Assembly (NCBI GenBank): GCA_963845535.1 | Contig: CAWJSK010000023.1 | Span: 1 to 64,000, forward strand | From: an uncultured Spirochaetota bacterium | GTDB lineage: Bacteria > Spirochaetota > Spirochaetia > SZUA-6 > Fen-1364 | Length of the DNA: 64,000 nucleotides | Direction: 5' to 3' | Shown: positions 29,608 through 40,004 of the stretch, piece after piece | Position numbering within the stretch: position 1 is the first letter of the stretch | How the letters are laid out: every line of letters starts with the position of its first letter | Made by a program: the position numbers and the translations under genes | The notes under the pieces: generated by a model | Databases searched by the model: none | What the model saw: only the letters and a program-made list of their open reading frames with translations | What the model was told of the DNA's origin: nothing

Positions 29608-30954
29608 ATGGTGACAGTTCTGAGGCGCGGCGCTTTGTTGCTGCTGCTGATCGGCCTGGCAGCGGGGCCGGCTTTTTCGCAGGCGGCTCCTGCCGAAAAT
29701 CCGAGCTTCCGCTTCGGCATGAGCCTTGGAATTGGCGTGCAGACGTTCAACGAACCGCAGCCTGTGACGTACCAGTCCCTCTCCTTGTTTCCTGACATTT
29801 CCTATGGCAAGCTCGGCGTGGGCCTTGCAATCACGCTGAACTACAATTTCACGGGCCCCGGCAATTCCCTGTACCTCCGCAGCGCGGACTGGGCGCCCAC
29901 GGATTTCCAGAGCTTCCTGCAGATATACCTCGCCAAGATCAACTACATCCGCTGGGGGCTCAAGGGGGATCCGCTTTTCATCAAGCTCGGATCTTTCGAC
30001 GATGTGACGCTCGGGGACGGTTTCATTGCAGGTGACTACACGAACATGTATTTTCTTCCGCAAGATCGCCATCTCGGCCTGCAGGCGGACCTCGACGGCT
30101 CGCTTTTCGCCTTCCCGTACGTCGGCGTGGAGACGTTCGCCGGCAACCTCGCCTTGATGGACGTCCTGGGCGGCAGGCTCTCTATTCGTCCGCTTGCCGG
30201 CACGGATGTTGCAATCCTGAAGGACATGCAGGTTGGCGGGACGCTCGTGGCTGACACCGGATCCTCGAACCCGTTGCAGTCCTCCACCGAACCTGCCGCG
30301 GTGGCTCCGGGAGCTCCGGTCTACGTCTACGGTGGTGACATCAGGGTCCCCTTGTTTTCCGTCAAGGACACCGCCTCCATGATTGCCTTCACCGACGTGG
30401 CCACAATCGACTCTCAGTCGGTGGGCGGAGCGGTTGGCATGAGCGGGAGGCTGATTGACATATTCACGTATGGCGCCCAGCTTCGGCTCATGCAGGCGAG
30501 CTTCATCCCTGACTATTTCGGTCCGCTCTATGACGTCTCCCGCCAGACGGACTACCTCTACGTGACCTCGGGCGTTACCGGATCCACGTTCGGATATCTC
30601 GTGAGCCTGGGGACTTCTCTCTTCGGGGACAAGCTGGTCTTCACCGTGGCCGTGGACGGTCCTTTCGAGACGTCTGCAACCCTTCCCAGCCTGCAATACC
30701 CTGAGCTGCGGGCTATCCTTTCTGTTGGAGAGGGAGTGGTGCCCGGGTTCTCCTTCAGCTTCTCCTATGATAAGCAGAGCATCACGACTTTCGGGGACCT
30801 GATAAGCCAGCAGAACGGATCCATTGCCGCCCAGATCAACTTCAGGTCAGGGCCTGCCGTGATATCGTTCGTCTACCAGCTCTCCTATATGCCAGGACAA
30901 AACCCGAACCCCATCATAACGTCGGGGCTCCAGAGCGCCGTGGCGCTCTTCTAA
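29608..30954 (+). CDS. putative outer-membrane beta-barrel protein
   Basis: AAGGAGG RBS, signal peptide ending AFS-Q, alternating beta pattern, C-terminal Phe. Confidence 0.75.
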   Translation: MVTVLRRGALLLLLIGLAAGPAFSQAAPAENPSFRFGMSLGIGVQTFNEPQPVTYQSLSLFPDISYGKLGVGLAITLNYNFTGPGNSLYLRSADWAPTDFQSFLQIYLAKINYIRWGLKGDPLFIKLGSFDDVTLGDGFIAGDYTNMYFLPQDRHLGLQADLDGSLFAFPYVGVETFAGNLALMDVLGGRLSIRPLAGTDVAILKDMQVGGTLVADTGSSNPLQSSTEPAAVAPGAPVYVYGGDIRVPLFSVKDTASMIAFTDVATIDSQSVGGAVGMSGRLIDIFTYGAQLRLMQASFIPDYFGPLYDVSRQTDYLYVTSGVTGSTFGYLVSLGTSLFGDKLVFTVAVDGPFETSATLPSLQYPELRAILSVGEGVVPGFSFSFSYDKQSITTFGDLISQQNGSIAAQINFRSGPAVISFVYQLSYMPGQNPNPIITSGLQSAVALF

Positions 30955-30968
30955 CGGAGGATAGCCGG

Positions 30969-33225
30969 ATGAGAATAGCATGTATCAGGGCGATGGCCTT
31001 GGGAGCGCTCCTCGTGATTCCCGGACTGGTTTTCGCCCAGGCAACCCCGGCCACGGCCAAACCTCCGGCCATTTCCGTGATCCTTTCCTATCATGAGGAC
31101 AACAGCGGGACTTTCAAAGTGATGTCCGACAGGACCACCGAGGTGACCAACATCCAGGACGGGGACGTGGTGAAGCCGGGCTGGACCATTGTCACGGGCG
31201 TGGGTGACGTTGCCGAGCTGGAGGTCAGCCACACGGGGACAATCATAAAGATCTCCCAGAACACCAACTTCACGGTGGAAGCGCTGCGGACCGAGACGGC
31301 GGGGCAGGACGTGTTCTCCCTTGGAATCGGCAAAGTACGAACAGTAGCAGGGAAGGCTTCGACCAAGGACCAATACCAGATCAAGACGCAATCCGCCGTG
31401 TGCGGGGTGCGGGGGTCGGACATCGTGGTCGAGTACGTCGAGGGCTCGACATCGAGCCTCTACACGCTGGAAGGCACCGGTTGGATTCAGGACCTCAAGA
31501 CGGGCCAGGCCGTCGACGTTCCGCAGGGGGACTTCGCTGATGCCCTTGCGGCTTCTTTCAAGCCCGCGCCCATTCCTCAAGATGTGCTTGCCGGCCTCCA
31601 AAAGGAAATGAGCTTCGTGAAGCTCGATCCTGCTGCGGCAACATCAATGGAGAAAGCATACGAGCAGGAAGCAAGCTCCGCAGCAGCAGCCCTCACCGAG
31701 TCCTGCATCGCCTCCTGCTTCTTCTCAGAACGGTTTCATGAATGGCATTTTTGCCGCGCTTCACAACGTCCTTGGTTTCGAGCTGGGAACCTTGACCGTC
31801 AACGGGTTGACTTATGGAGAGGCCGTCCTCGAGCCAACCTTCGCCACCGGCCAGCTCAAGATGGCGCTCTATCTACCCATCATCTATCAGAGCAACATGC
31901 TTGACCCGGGGGATTGGTACCACCCGGGAGGCAATGACGAGTGGAGCTTCGGAACCGACCAGAGTGGGGATCCCTCAAGAATAGCGGCGGATTTCACCCG
32001 GGACTTGTTCCTCAAGATCAAGTACATCGAGTACGGCCAGCAACATGACCCATTCTTCCTCAAAGTCGGCAGCCTCGAGGACATAACGATAGGCCACGGG
32101 CTCGTGATGCGTGGTTTCGCAAATGACGCGGACTTCCCCACGGTGCGACACCTGGGGGTCAACATCGGCGCCGATCTGGGGGGAGGCGGGTTCGAGGCAG
32201 TGGTCGGCGACGCCCTCCCGAACATCGTCAACGGCACCGTCTATCCTCCTGACGTGGTGGGGGGCAGACTCTACGTACGGCCCGTCCCCGGCTCCCGCGC
32301 GGCGCTGGGGATATCGGCAATAGTGGATTTCAACCCCGCGGGGGATTTGTACTACCCAGTGTCCCCATTCCCCACGGGCCCGTCCGCCGCGGGCAACCCC
32401 ATATTCTTCTTCCCGGGAGTCGACCTGGATCTGCCATTCGTAGAAAGCAACGCCTTTGGGCTGGTTTTTTTCACCGACGGAGCCTTCATGCTTCCCTACT
32501 TCGGGTCTTCGAGTCCCTACTTCTCTTGGATCTCCCCTGGGTTCGCTACTGCCGCAGTCTATAGCTCTTCTTCGGCAATCCCCGTGAAGGACTGGGGGGC
32601 CGCCGCTGGATTTTTCGGAAATCTGGTCATTCCTGACTTCACGTGGAGGCTCGAATACAGGATCTTCACGGGCATGTTCATGCCTGAGCTTTATGATTCG
32701 GGATACAACCGCGCACGGTCGTTGTATGTGCTCAATGTTTTAGGCTACCTGTACAATCCTTCAGCTTCTCAATTCAACAACTACAACATGGGCATCTACG
32801 GAGAGGCAGGGTTCAAGCTCAGCAAAGCGTTTGCGGTGAAAGCCGGCTACTTCTGGCCCTGGACCGTCAACACGTCTACGGGCGCCTGGGAGCAGGACCC
32901 GAACAACCCGGACCGCTTTGTCGCGAGCTTCGAGCTGGAGAAAGGCGCCATTCCCGTGGTGAATCTCTCAGGAGCCGTGTCCTATGAGCGCACGAGCCTC
33001 TTCTATGGGAACTACGTTCCGGCCGGCTTCAATGACGCTTTGTTCAATGCGAACACCGATATCATGGCGCGGATCACCTACTCCGTGAGCCCGATCATGG
33101 ATATCTCCCTGCTGTACACCATTACGCCGGTGTTCAATGCGGATGGCACGCTGCATTATTCAGGGACAAACACGCTGCCTGACATGGCCACTTCGGTGTC
33201 GATAACCACCTCCGTTCAATTCTAG
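30969..33225 (+). CDS. FecR-domain plus beta-barrel outer-membrane protein (+1 frameshift near 31665-31680)
   Basis: FecR motifs GDVV..G.TIVTG…AEL, IKISQNT, IKTQSAVCGVRGS. After a frame change a Q/P/S linker leads into a barrel paralogous to the upstream gene; terminal Phe. Confidence 0.75.
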
Positions 33226-35010
33226 ATGAATGGATCCCAGCCTCGGTCCCGAAGGATAAGGATCCTTCGGGACGAGGTCTCCCGAAAGATAGCCGCCGGC
33301 GAGGTCATTGACCGGCCGCACTCCATTGTCAGGGAGCTGTTGGAGAACGCAATCGACTCCGGCGCCGCCTCAATCGACGTATTCCTGGAAGCAGGCGGAC
33401 TCTCCCGCGTCCGCGTGGTGGATGATGGCGCGGGAATGAGCCTTGAGGACCTCGAGGTATGCTGGAAGCCCCACGCCACGTCGAAGATCGAGTCCGAGGA
33501 CGACCTGATGCGGGTGTCCACCCTGGGCTTCCGGGGGGAGGCGCTTTCGAGCATCGCCGTGTGCAGCAGGCTTTCCATCACCAGCTCGCAGGCATCGGAT
33601 GAGCCCGCGAACAGGCTGGAGGTGCTTGGCGGCGCCCTGCAAGGGTTGGAGCCATGTCAAGGGCGAAAGGGGACGGTTGTCGACGTTGGGGAGCTGTTTT
33701 TCAACTACCCTGCGCGGAAAAAGTTCCTTCGAAGCGCCTCCGCGGAATCTGCCCTGTGCAGGTCTGTCTTTACCGACCGCGCAATGTCTCACCCATCCGT
33801 GGCTTTCCGGCTGTTCACTGACGGAGAAGCAAAGCTCACGCTTCCGCCCGCCACGTTGGTCGGACGGGTCTCCCTGTGCTACGCACACCAGTTGGATGCC
33901 CGCATGCTTGCTGCATCCGCCGCTCAAGGGAATGGCTTTGCCGTGGAAGTGATTGCCGGCCGTCCTGAGCTGCGGCGCAGGGACAGGAAGCTCATCCAGG
34001 TCTTTGTGAACAGGCGCCGGGTGTCCGAGTATTCCCTCATGCAGGCCGTGGAATACGGATTCTCGGGCTTCATGCCGGGAGGATGGTACCCTGTCGCCTT
34101 TGTTTTCATTGAGATCGATCCAAGCCTGATCGACTTCAACATCCACCCCGCAAAAAAGGAAGTGCGGTTCCAGAAGATCGCGGACGTGCACTCCGCCGTT
34201 GTAAGCGCGGTAAGGGCGGGGCTCACCGGGCAGACACAGCCTCGTCAGCCTGAAGGTGAAAGCACAGGGCGGGCTGCGCCGAAAGCCTACGCTGGTTCGC
34301 AGGCTTCCGGTTCACGGCCGTCCGGTTCGCCGGCATCGGTGCCGCGGCCCTCCGCGCCATGGACGTCCGCTTCGCGAGCTTCTGCGGCTTCCGCGGTGCC
34401 AGGTCAAACGCTTCCTTTTTCCTACGCCGAAAAGAGCCAGGTCGGACTTTCGGCAGAAGCCCGGGACATCAGGTTCCTGGGACAGGCGTTCAAGGTTTTT
34501 CTGGTTTTCGAGCTGCCTGACCGTCTTCTCATCATGGACCAGCATGCGGCCCATGAACGAATCATCTTCGAACGCCTTGGAGCGCGGGCGCCGAAAATGC
34601 AGGAGATGCTTTTTCCGCTTTCTTTCGACGTGACGGAAGAGGAGGGGAGCCGTCTGGAACGCTGCCGGGAGGAGCTCTCAGGCCTCGGAATGGAGCTTGC
34701 GCGCGTGGGGAGCGCGTCCTTCGAGATAACGGCGATTTCGGATGACTTCCGACCGCTTCGGGAGGACGTGCTGGTGGAGCTGGCGCGCGGCGTAGGCGCT
34801 GAGGAATGGCGCTCGTCTCTTCTGGCAATGGCGGCGTGCAAGCTCGCAATCAAGGAAGGAGAGGTCGTGGACGCCGTTACCGCGCGCGAGCTGTGCGCGC
34901 AGGCGCTGCGCCTCAGCGTGCCCCGGTGCCCTCATGGACGCCCCATCTGGCATGAGCTGTCCGAGGAAACCCTTCGAAAGCTCGTCGACAGGCCTCCCAA
35001 GGAACGCTAG
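33226..35010 (+). CDS. mutL: DNA mismatch repair endonuclease MutL
   Basis: KIAAGEVIDRP, ELLENAIDSGA, HATSKI, LGFRGEALSSI, DQHAAHER, ACK, CPHGRP. Confidence 0.98.
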   Translation: MNGSQPRSRRIRILRDEVSRKIAAGEVIDRPHSIVRELLENAIDSGAASIDVFLEAGGLSRVRVVDDGAGMSLEDLEVCWKPHATSKIESEDDLMRVSTLGFRGEALSSIAVCSRLSITSSQASDEPANRLEVLGGALQGLEPCQGRKGTVVDVGELFFNYPARKKFLRSASAESALCRSVFTDRAMSHPSVAFRLFTDGEAKLTLPPATLVGRVSLCYAHQLDARMLAASAAQGNGFAVEVIAGRPELRRRDRKLIQVFVNRRRVSEYSLMQAVEYGFSGFMPGGWYPVAFVFIEIDPSLIDFNIHPAKKEVRFQKIADVHSAVVSAVRAGLTGQTQPRQPEGESTGRAAPKAYAGSQASGSRPSGSPASVPRPSAPWTSASRASAASAVPGQTLPFSYAEKSQVGLSAEARDIRFLGQAFKVFLVFELPDRLLIMDQHAAHERIIFERLGARAPKMQEMLFPLSFDVTEEEGSRLERCREELSGLGMELARVGSASFEITAISDDFRPLREDVLVELARGVGAEEWRSSLLAMAACKLAIKEGEVVDAVTARELCAQALRLSVPRCPHGRPIWHELSEETLRKLVDRPPKER

Positions 35011-35061
35011 GCCGTGTCGCGCGAAGCGCGATCTCCGGCCTGCCAAGCGCGATCTCCCGCG

Positions 35062-37041
35062 CTATTTCATCTGGTCCAGGAGCTTCTGCGCTTCCGCTTT
35101 GACGTCTGACTTCGGGCTCTTGGCCATCACCTTGGTGAGGATGTCCTTGGCGTCCTTGTTGTTCCCTTCCTTCACCAGAATCCTGGCAAGGTTCAGGTAC
35201 GCATCCCAGTAGGTGGGATCAATGCGCAGCACCGCTATGAACGCCGTCTTTGCGTCCGTTGTCTGGCCGTTCTCCGAGTAGGCGAGGCCGAGGTTGTACT
35301 GAGTGTCACGGGCGTCGGGTTTCAGGGAAAGCGCCTTTGTGAGCTGCGTAATGCTGTCCTGGAACTGCTGCTTGTGAAGGAAGACGTTCCCGAGGTTGTT
35401 GTGCGCCTCGTACGATTCAGGGGCAATCTCGACCGCTGACTGGAGACAGGACAACGCCTGGTCGGACATCCCTTTGCTGTCATAGATGGCGCCCAGGTTG
35501 ATGAGCGCGGGGGCAAACTTGGGGTCCTTCTGCACGGCCATGCCGTAATATTTGACCGCGTCGTCCGCGTTGCCGAGCTTCTCGTTCGCCAGCCCGAGGA
35601 TGTAGGCGTTCGCCGCTGAGTCATCCATGGACTGGGCTTTTTGCGCGAACGGGAGGGCTTCCTCCGCCTTGCCGAGCTTGATCTTCACGGATGCCATGTT
35701 GTAGTTGGCGGTGGCGTTGTCGGGTTGAAGAGTAAGAGCCTTCGTGTACGAAGCCTCCGCGCTGGAGAAATCAGCCCTGGTCATGTACGCCGTGCCAAGC
35801 TCGCGAAGGAAGCCGGGGTTGTCCGGCGCGTACTGCGCGGCCTGCTTGAGGTTGTCCACGGCGCCGGCGCTGTCCCCCTTCTGCTCGAGCAGGTTTCCAA
35901 TCATGTAATAGGCGTCGGCGAAATCCCTCTTGGTGGCGATGGCGGACTTGAACGCGTCGATGGCCTTCGATGCGTCCCCCGTCTGCACGAGGCTCATGCC
36001 CTTGTTGAAATGGGCGGAGGTGAAGTCCGGCCGCAGCCGCACGCACGCGTCGAACGATTTGGCGGCGTCAGGAAACAGGTGGGCCCGGTATTGGAGCTTG
36101 CCGAGGGCGAAAAGGGTGTCCACATCGTCGGGGTTCAGCCGTGCGGCGGTCTTGTATTCCCTCATCGCGTCGTCAGCCAGTTTCCTGCTGTCATAGATCT
36201 CCCCGAGGGTCCGGTGAGGGAGCCAGAAATCGGGGTTCTTGTCGATTGCCTTTTTGGACAGGTCCACTGCTTTCTGGACGTTCGAGGGGTTCGAGGGGTC
36301 TTCGCGGAGGTAGGAAAGGCCGGCGTAGGCAAGCGCGTTGGCGTTTCCCGGGTCAAGGGCGGCGGCTTGCTCGAAGTCCTTCCGGGCTTCGGTGTAGCGT
36401 CCGGCATTGAAGGCTGCCGCTCCTTGCTGCAGCAGGTCCTGGACCTTCTTCTGGCGTTCTTTCTCAGCCGTCGTGGCATTCTCCGCGGCCGTTTTCTCCG
36501 GCGGTTGCTGGATCACGATCTTCTGCGGTTGGTTCAACTTCGCCCCCAGCTCGTTCAGCCCGGCGCGAAGCTGCTGCTGCTGCGCAAGCAGCGCGGAAAG
36601 CTCCTGCTGACGGGCCGCATCGTCGGCCGTCTTCTTCCTCGCAAGGACGTCATCCAGGACCTGCTTCACCTTCGGATTGTCGATGTCCAGGCCGTTGAGG
36701 ATCTTGAGCGCTTCCTCGTATTCGCCCTTGTCTTCGTAATACGCCGCCTGCTTCAGGCTTTCGGTCACCCGGCCGGCGTCCGCTGATTTTTTCAGCGTCA
36801 CGCCGAGGAATGCTCCGCCTCCGGCCAGCAAACACAGAAGGATGATTCCCGCTATGATCAGGCCCCGGGGGCGGCTCGACCTTTTTTGAGTCGCCGTGCT
36901 GTCAGATGCGGGAGGGCTGGGCGTTCGACCTGATGTCGACGAGCTTGCGCGGCTGCGGGCCGGCGCGCTTTCGCGGCCGGGACGGCCTTTTCCTGAGGGC
37001 TTGTCGGGGATTGCGCCGCGACCGGGGGCAGGTGTTTTCAT
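35062..37041 (-). CDS. membrane-anchored multi-TPR protein
   Basis: Disordered N-terminus, a single TM helix and many TPR repeats. Confidence 0.85.
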   Translation of the reverse strand: MKTPAPGRGAIPDKPSGKGRPGRESAPARSRASSSTSGRTPSPPASDSTATQKRSSRPRGLIIAGIILLCLLAGGGAFLGVTLKKSADAGRVTESLKQAAYYEDKGEYEEALKILNGLDIDNPKVKQVLDDVLARKKTADDAARQQELSALLAQQQQLRAGLNELGAKLNQPQKIVIQQPPEKTAAENATTAEKERQKKVQDLLQQGAAAFNAGRYTEARKDFEQAAALDPGNANALAYAGLSYLREDPSNPSNVQKAVDLSKKAIDKNPDFWLPHRTLGEIYDSRKLADDAMREYKTAARLNPDDVDTLFALGKLQYRAHLFPDAAKSFDACVRLRPDFTSAHFNKGMSLVQTGDASKAIDAFKSAIATKRDFADAYYMIGNLLEQKGDSAGAVDNLKQAAQYAPDNPGFLRELGTAYMTRADFSSAEASYTKALTLQPDNATANYNMASVKIKLGKAEEALPFAQKAQSMDDSAANAYILGLANEKLGNADDAVKYYGMAVQKDPKFAPALINLGAIYDSKGMSDQALSCLQSAVEIAPESYEAHNNLGNVFLHKQQFQDSITQLTKALSLKPDARDTQYNLGLAYSENGQTTDAKTAFIAVLRIDPTYWDAYLNLARILVKEGNNKDAKDILTKVMAKSPKSDVKAEAQKLLDQMK

Positions 37042-37043
37042 TT

Positions 37044-37727
37044 TCAGTCCTTGATGTCGACGTTGACGGGGTCGTTTTTGGCTTTGATCGACTCCACGGA
37101 GAGGTTCTTGGTGTCGTCTCCGGCGTTATTGAGGCTGCTCATGACGTCATTCATGAGCGCCTTCTGCCGCGCGAGCTCGTCCTCCTGGGCTTTCTGTTTC
37201 GCTTCCTTCATCTGCCCGAGGAGGCGGATGAGCTCCTCGATCTTGGGCCGCTGCGGGTCCTGCGGCTGAAGCTGCAGGAAAACGGTATAATCATTCACCG
37301 CGCCGTCATAGCTCTGGAGCTGCATTCTGGCTTGTGCCCTGTTCAGGTACCCTTCCGCGAGGTTCTTGTTCACGTCGAGGGCTTGCGAGTACATCTGCTC
37401 CGCCAGGGCGTAGTCTTTGCGCGCGAACATGTCGTTGCCGATGTTGTAGTACATGAGGTCCTTGTAGGAGGCGGAAATCGAAAGACCCCGCTTGAGGACG
37501 TCGATTGCCTTGTCCAGGTCGCCGAGCTGCTGGTAGACAATGCCCAGGTACAGATAGACCTTCTCGTTCGAGGGGTCATCGTTCAGGGCGCTTTCCAGAA
37601 GTGGCTCGGCCTCGCGCGGCTGGTTCTGGATGAAAAGCGCCTCGCCCTTCTCGAAAAAGTTGGAAGCGCTGAACGCCGGCAACCCTGCCAGCAGGATTAC
37701 CAAAATGAAAGCTATTCGCCTTGACAT
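37044..37727 (-). CDS. exported TPR protein
   Basis: Signal peptide MSRRIAFILVILLAGLPAFS and about four TPR repeats. Confidence 0.85.
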   Translation of the reverse strand: MSRRIAFILVILLAGLPAFSASNFFEKGEALFIQNQPREAEPLLESALNDDPSNEKVYLYLGIVYQQLGDLDKAIDVLKRGLSISASYKDLMYYNIGNDMFARKDYALAEQMYSQALDVNKNLAEGYLNRAQARMQLQSYDGAVNDYTVFLQLQPQDPQRPKIEELIRLLGQMKEAKQKAQEDELARQKALMNDVMSSLNNAGDDTKNLSVESIKAKNDPVNVDIKD

Positions 37728-37995
37728 CTCACGGTCCCCTTCTAGTATACCTCGCCAGGCCACTCGCGCACAGGCATCCGCCCGCGGGCACTCGCGGAAG
37801 CGGGGGGCGGCATCGGCGCGCCGTCGGCTGCGCACTGTTTTCCCGCGCCTCGACTCCCGCAATCCCCCTCTTTCAATCGTCGGCATGCCAGCCGCGCGCC
37901 TGAATTGCGCCCAGAATGATCCGTCCGGCAGTAACGCCCCGGCTACTCTCCGTTGAAGCGCCCCCGGGGATTCACTATATTGGGATGCAAACAGG

Positions 37996-38652
37996 ATGAA
38001 GGTTCTTTGCATCGCTGACCACATTGACCCTGTAATCTACAGTGCCAACCTGAAAGCCAGGTTTGCTGACGTAGACCTCGTGCTGAGCGCGGGAGACCTC
38101 GCGCTGGAGTACTATGATTTCATCGTGAGCACCTTGAACAAACCGCTTCTCTTCGTTTTCGGAAACCATCATCTCGAGGGACGCTCGGACCAGAGGCGCG
38201 ACCCTTTTGAAGAGGCAACACCTTCCTGGCAGCGCGGCGTGGGGGCCACCTGCGTGGAAGGCAAGGTTGTCCGGGTGAAGGGCCTGATCATCGCCGGCCT
38301 GGGAGGGAGCATCTGGTACAACGGCGGGGACAACCAGTACAGCGATTTCTCCATGTCGCTCGTCATCCTGAGGCTTCTTCCCCGCATGCTCTGGAACCGG
38401 ATGGTGCACGGGAGGTACCTGGACATCCTGCTCACCCATTCGCCTCCGTACGGCATCAACGACCTTCCGGATGCCTGCCACACGGGGTTTCGCGTCTTCC
38501 TCTGGTTCATGAGGCGCTTCCACCCCGCGTATCTCGTTCACGGGCACGTGCACCTGTATGACCGGAATGCCGCGCGTGAGGCGATGTACGCTGGAACGAT
38601 CGTGCTCAACGCGTATGATCACACAATGTTGAACCTGGAGGTCTCCCGATGA
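37996..38652 (+). CDS. calcineurin-like metallophosphoesterase
   Basis: ADH, AGDL, GNH, THSPP, HGHVH. Confidence 0.88.
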   Translation: MKVLCIADHIDPVIYSANLKARFADVDLVLSAGDLALEYYDFIVSTLNKPLLFVFGNHHLEGRSDQRRDPFEEATPSWQRGVGATCVEGKVVRVKGLIIAGLGGSIWYNGGDNQYSDFSMSLVILRLLPRMLWNRMVHGRYLDILLTHSPPYGINDLPDACHTGFRVFLWFMRRFHPAYLVHGHVHLYDRNAAREAMYAGTIVLNAYDHTMLNLEVSR

Positions 38653-39581
38653 GCGGCGGGAACATGTACTCATCCATGACGCGTCAGGACTTCAGCAGGG
38701 TCCGCATGAAAGAGACGCTGGGGCGGATCCTTGCGCTGCTGCAGCCGCAGAAAGACGAGATGCTTTCCCTGGGGGACATTCGCAGCCTCCTCCGACCGGA
38801 ATCGGAGACCTACAAGGGAATGCAGACCGTGCGCATAGCAAAGATCGTGGGAAGCGAGGGTCGATACAAGGACTTCAACAAGGCGTTCCTGCCCCGGCAC
38901 GACAAGCTGATGCGCCGCTGGATGAGCGTGGATGAGGCGCACTACCGCAACATCATCCTGCCCCCCATCAAGCTCTTCGAGATAGGCGGCGCGTATTTCG
39001 TGCGGGACGGCAACCACCGGGTCTCTGTTGCCAAGGCGCAGGGGGCGGAGTTCATCGATGCCGAGGTCATTTCGCTTTCCTCCGAGATCCTGCTCACGCC
39101 GGGGATGACGAGGGACGAGATCAAGCGCGCGGTGATCGGGTTCGAGAAGAGCAGGTTCTTCCAGACCACGAAGCTCGACCGTCACCGGCCGGACTGCTCC
39201 CTGGAGTTCACGGAGATCGGGCGCTACGACGAGCTGCTCTCCCACATCCGGGAGCACAAATGGTACATCAACCTGGACAAGCCGGAGGAGATTCCTTTCG
39301 ATGAGGCGGCCGTCTCGTGGTACGACAGAGTGTATGCCCCCATCATCGCGATCATCCGGGAGAGCAACCTCATCTCCCGTTTTCCCGGCGCCACGGAGGC
39401 TGACCTGTACGTCTATATCGGCAAGCATTGGGCGGAGTTGAACGCGCGCTTCGGGCCCCTTTTCACCCTCGAGGAGGCGGCGGAGGATCTTTCCACGGTC
39501 CGACGCAGGTACGGAGCGCTGGGGGCCGCGCGCGCGCTGATTGCGCGCCTGGGAGCCGTCCTCCGGGGTCGAAGAAAGTAG
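38649..39581 (+). CDS. ParB/Srx-like domain protein with DUF4032-type C-terminus
   Basis: KIVGSEGRY.DF...FLP, LPPIKL, YFVRDGNHRVSVA, HKWY, WYD.VY.P, TEADLY; ATGA overlap with the upstream gene. Confidence 0.75.
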   Translation: MSGGNMYSSMTRQDFSRVRMKETLGRILALLQPQKDEMLSLGDIRSLLRPESETYKGMQTVRIAKIVGSEGRYKDFNKAFLPRHDKLMRRWMSVDEAHYRNIILPPIKLFEIGGAYFVRDGNHRVSVAKAQGAEFIDAEVISLSSEILLTPGMTRDEIKRAVIGFEKSRFFQTTKLDRHRPDCSLEFTEIGRYDELLSHIREHKWYINLDKPEEIPFDEAAVSWYDRVYAPIIAIIRESNLISRFPGATEADLYVYIGKHWAELNARFGPLFTLEEAAEDLSTVRRRYGALGAARALIARLGAVLRGRRK

Positions 39582-39598
39582 GCCCGGACGGAAGCCCG

Positions 39599-39988
39599 TC
39601 AGTTCCCCTGCACGAAGTCCAGGTAGTCTTTTTCCGATAGAAGGGAGTCGAGCTCCGAGGGGGTCTCGACTTCCAGGTCGAACAACCACCCGCTGCCCAG
39701 AGGGTCGCTGTTGATGAGGCCGCAGTTTTCCTCGGTCTCCACGGAAGAGTTCACGTCCACCACCGTTCCCGAGACTGGGCAATAGATCTCACTCGAGGTC
39801 TTCATGGAGTCGACTGTGCATCCGACTTCCCCGCGGACAAGCCGCTTCCCGACCGTGGGCAGCTCCACGTAGGCAATCTCCCCCAACTCCTTCTGCGCGA
39901 AATCGGAGATGCCGACCCTTGCCCTGGCCCCCATGACGAGGACCCATGCGTGATCTTTCGTGTACAACCGCGCGGCGCCTGCTTGCAT
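39599..39988 (-). CDS. gcvH: glycine cleavage system H protein (lipoyl carrier)
   Basis: YTKDHAW, VGISDFAQKELG.I.YVELP, lipoyl-Lys VDSMK, INSDP.G.GW. Confidence 0.9.
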   Translation of the reverse strand: MQAGAARLYTKDHAWVLVMGARARVGISDFAQKELGEIAYVELPTVGKRLVRGEVGCTVDSMKTSSEIYCPVSGTVVDVNSSVETEENCGLINSDPLGSGWLFDLEVETPSELDSLLSEKDYLDFVQGN

Positions 39989-40004
39989 GGAGTCCCCCGT
40001 CGGC

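Noticed and set aside
37728..37995. Riboswitch in the GC-rich divergent spacer
   Set aside because: I could not identify conserved aptamer motifs; only promoter-like hexamers are visible.
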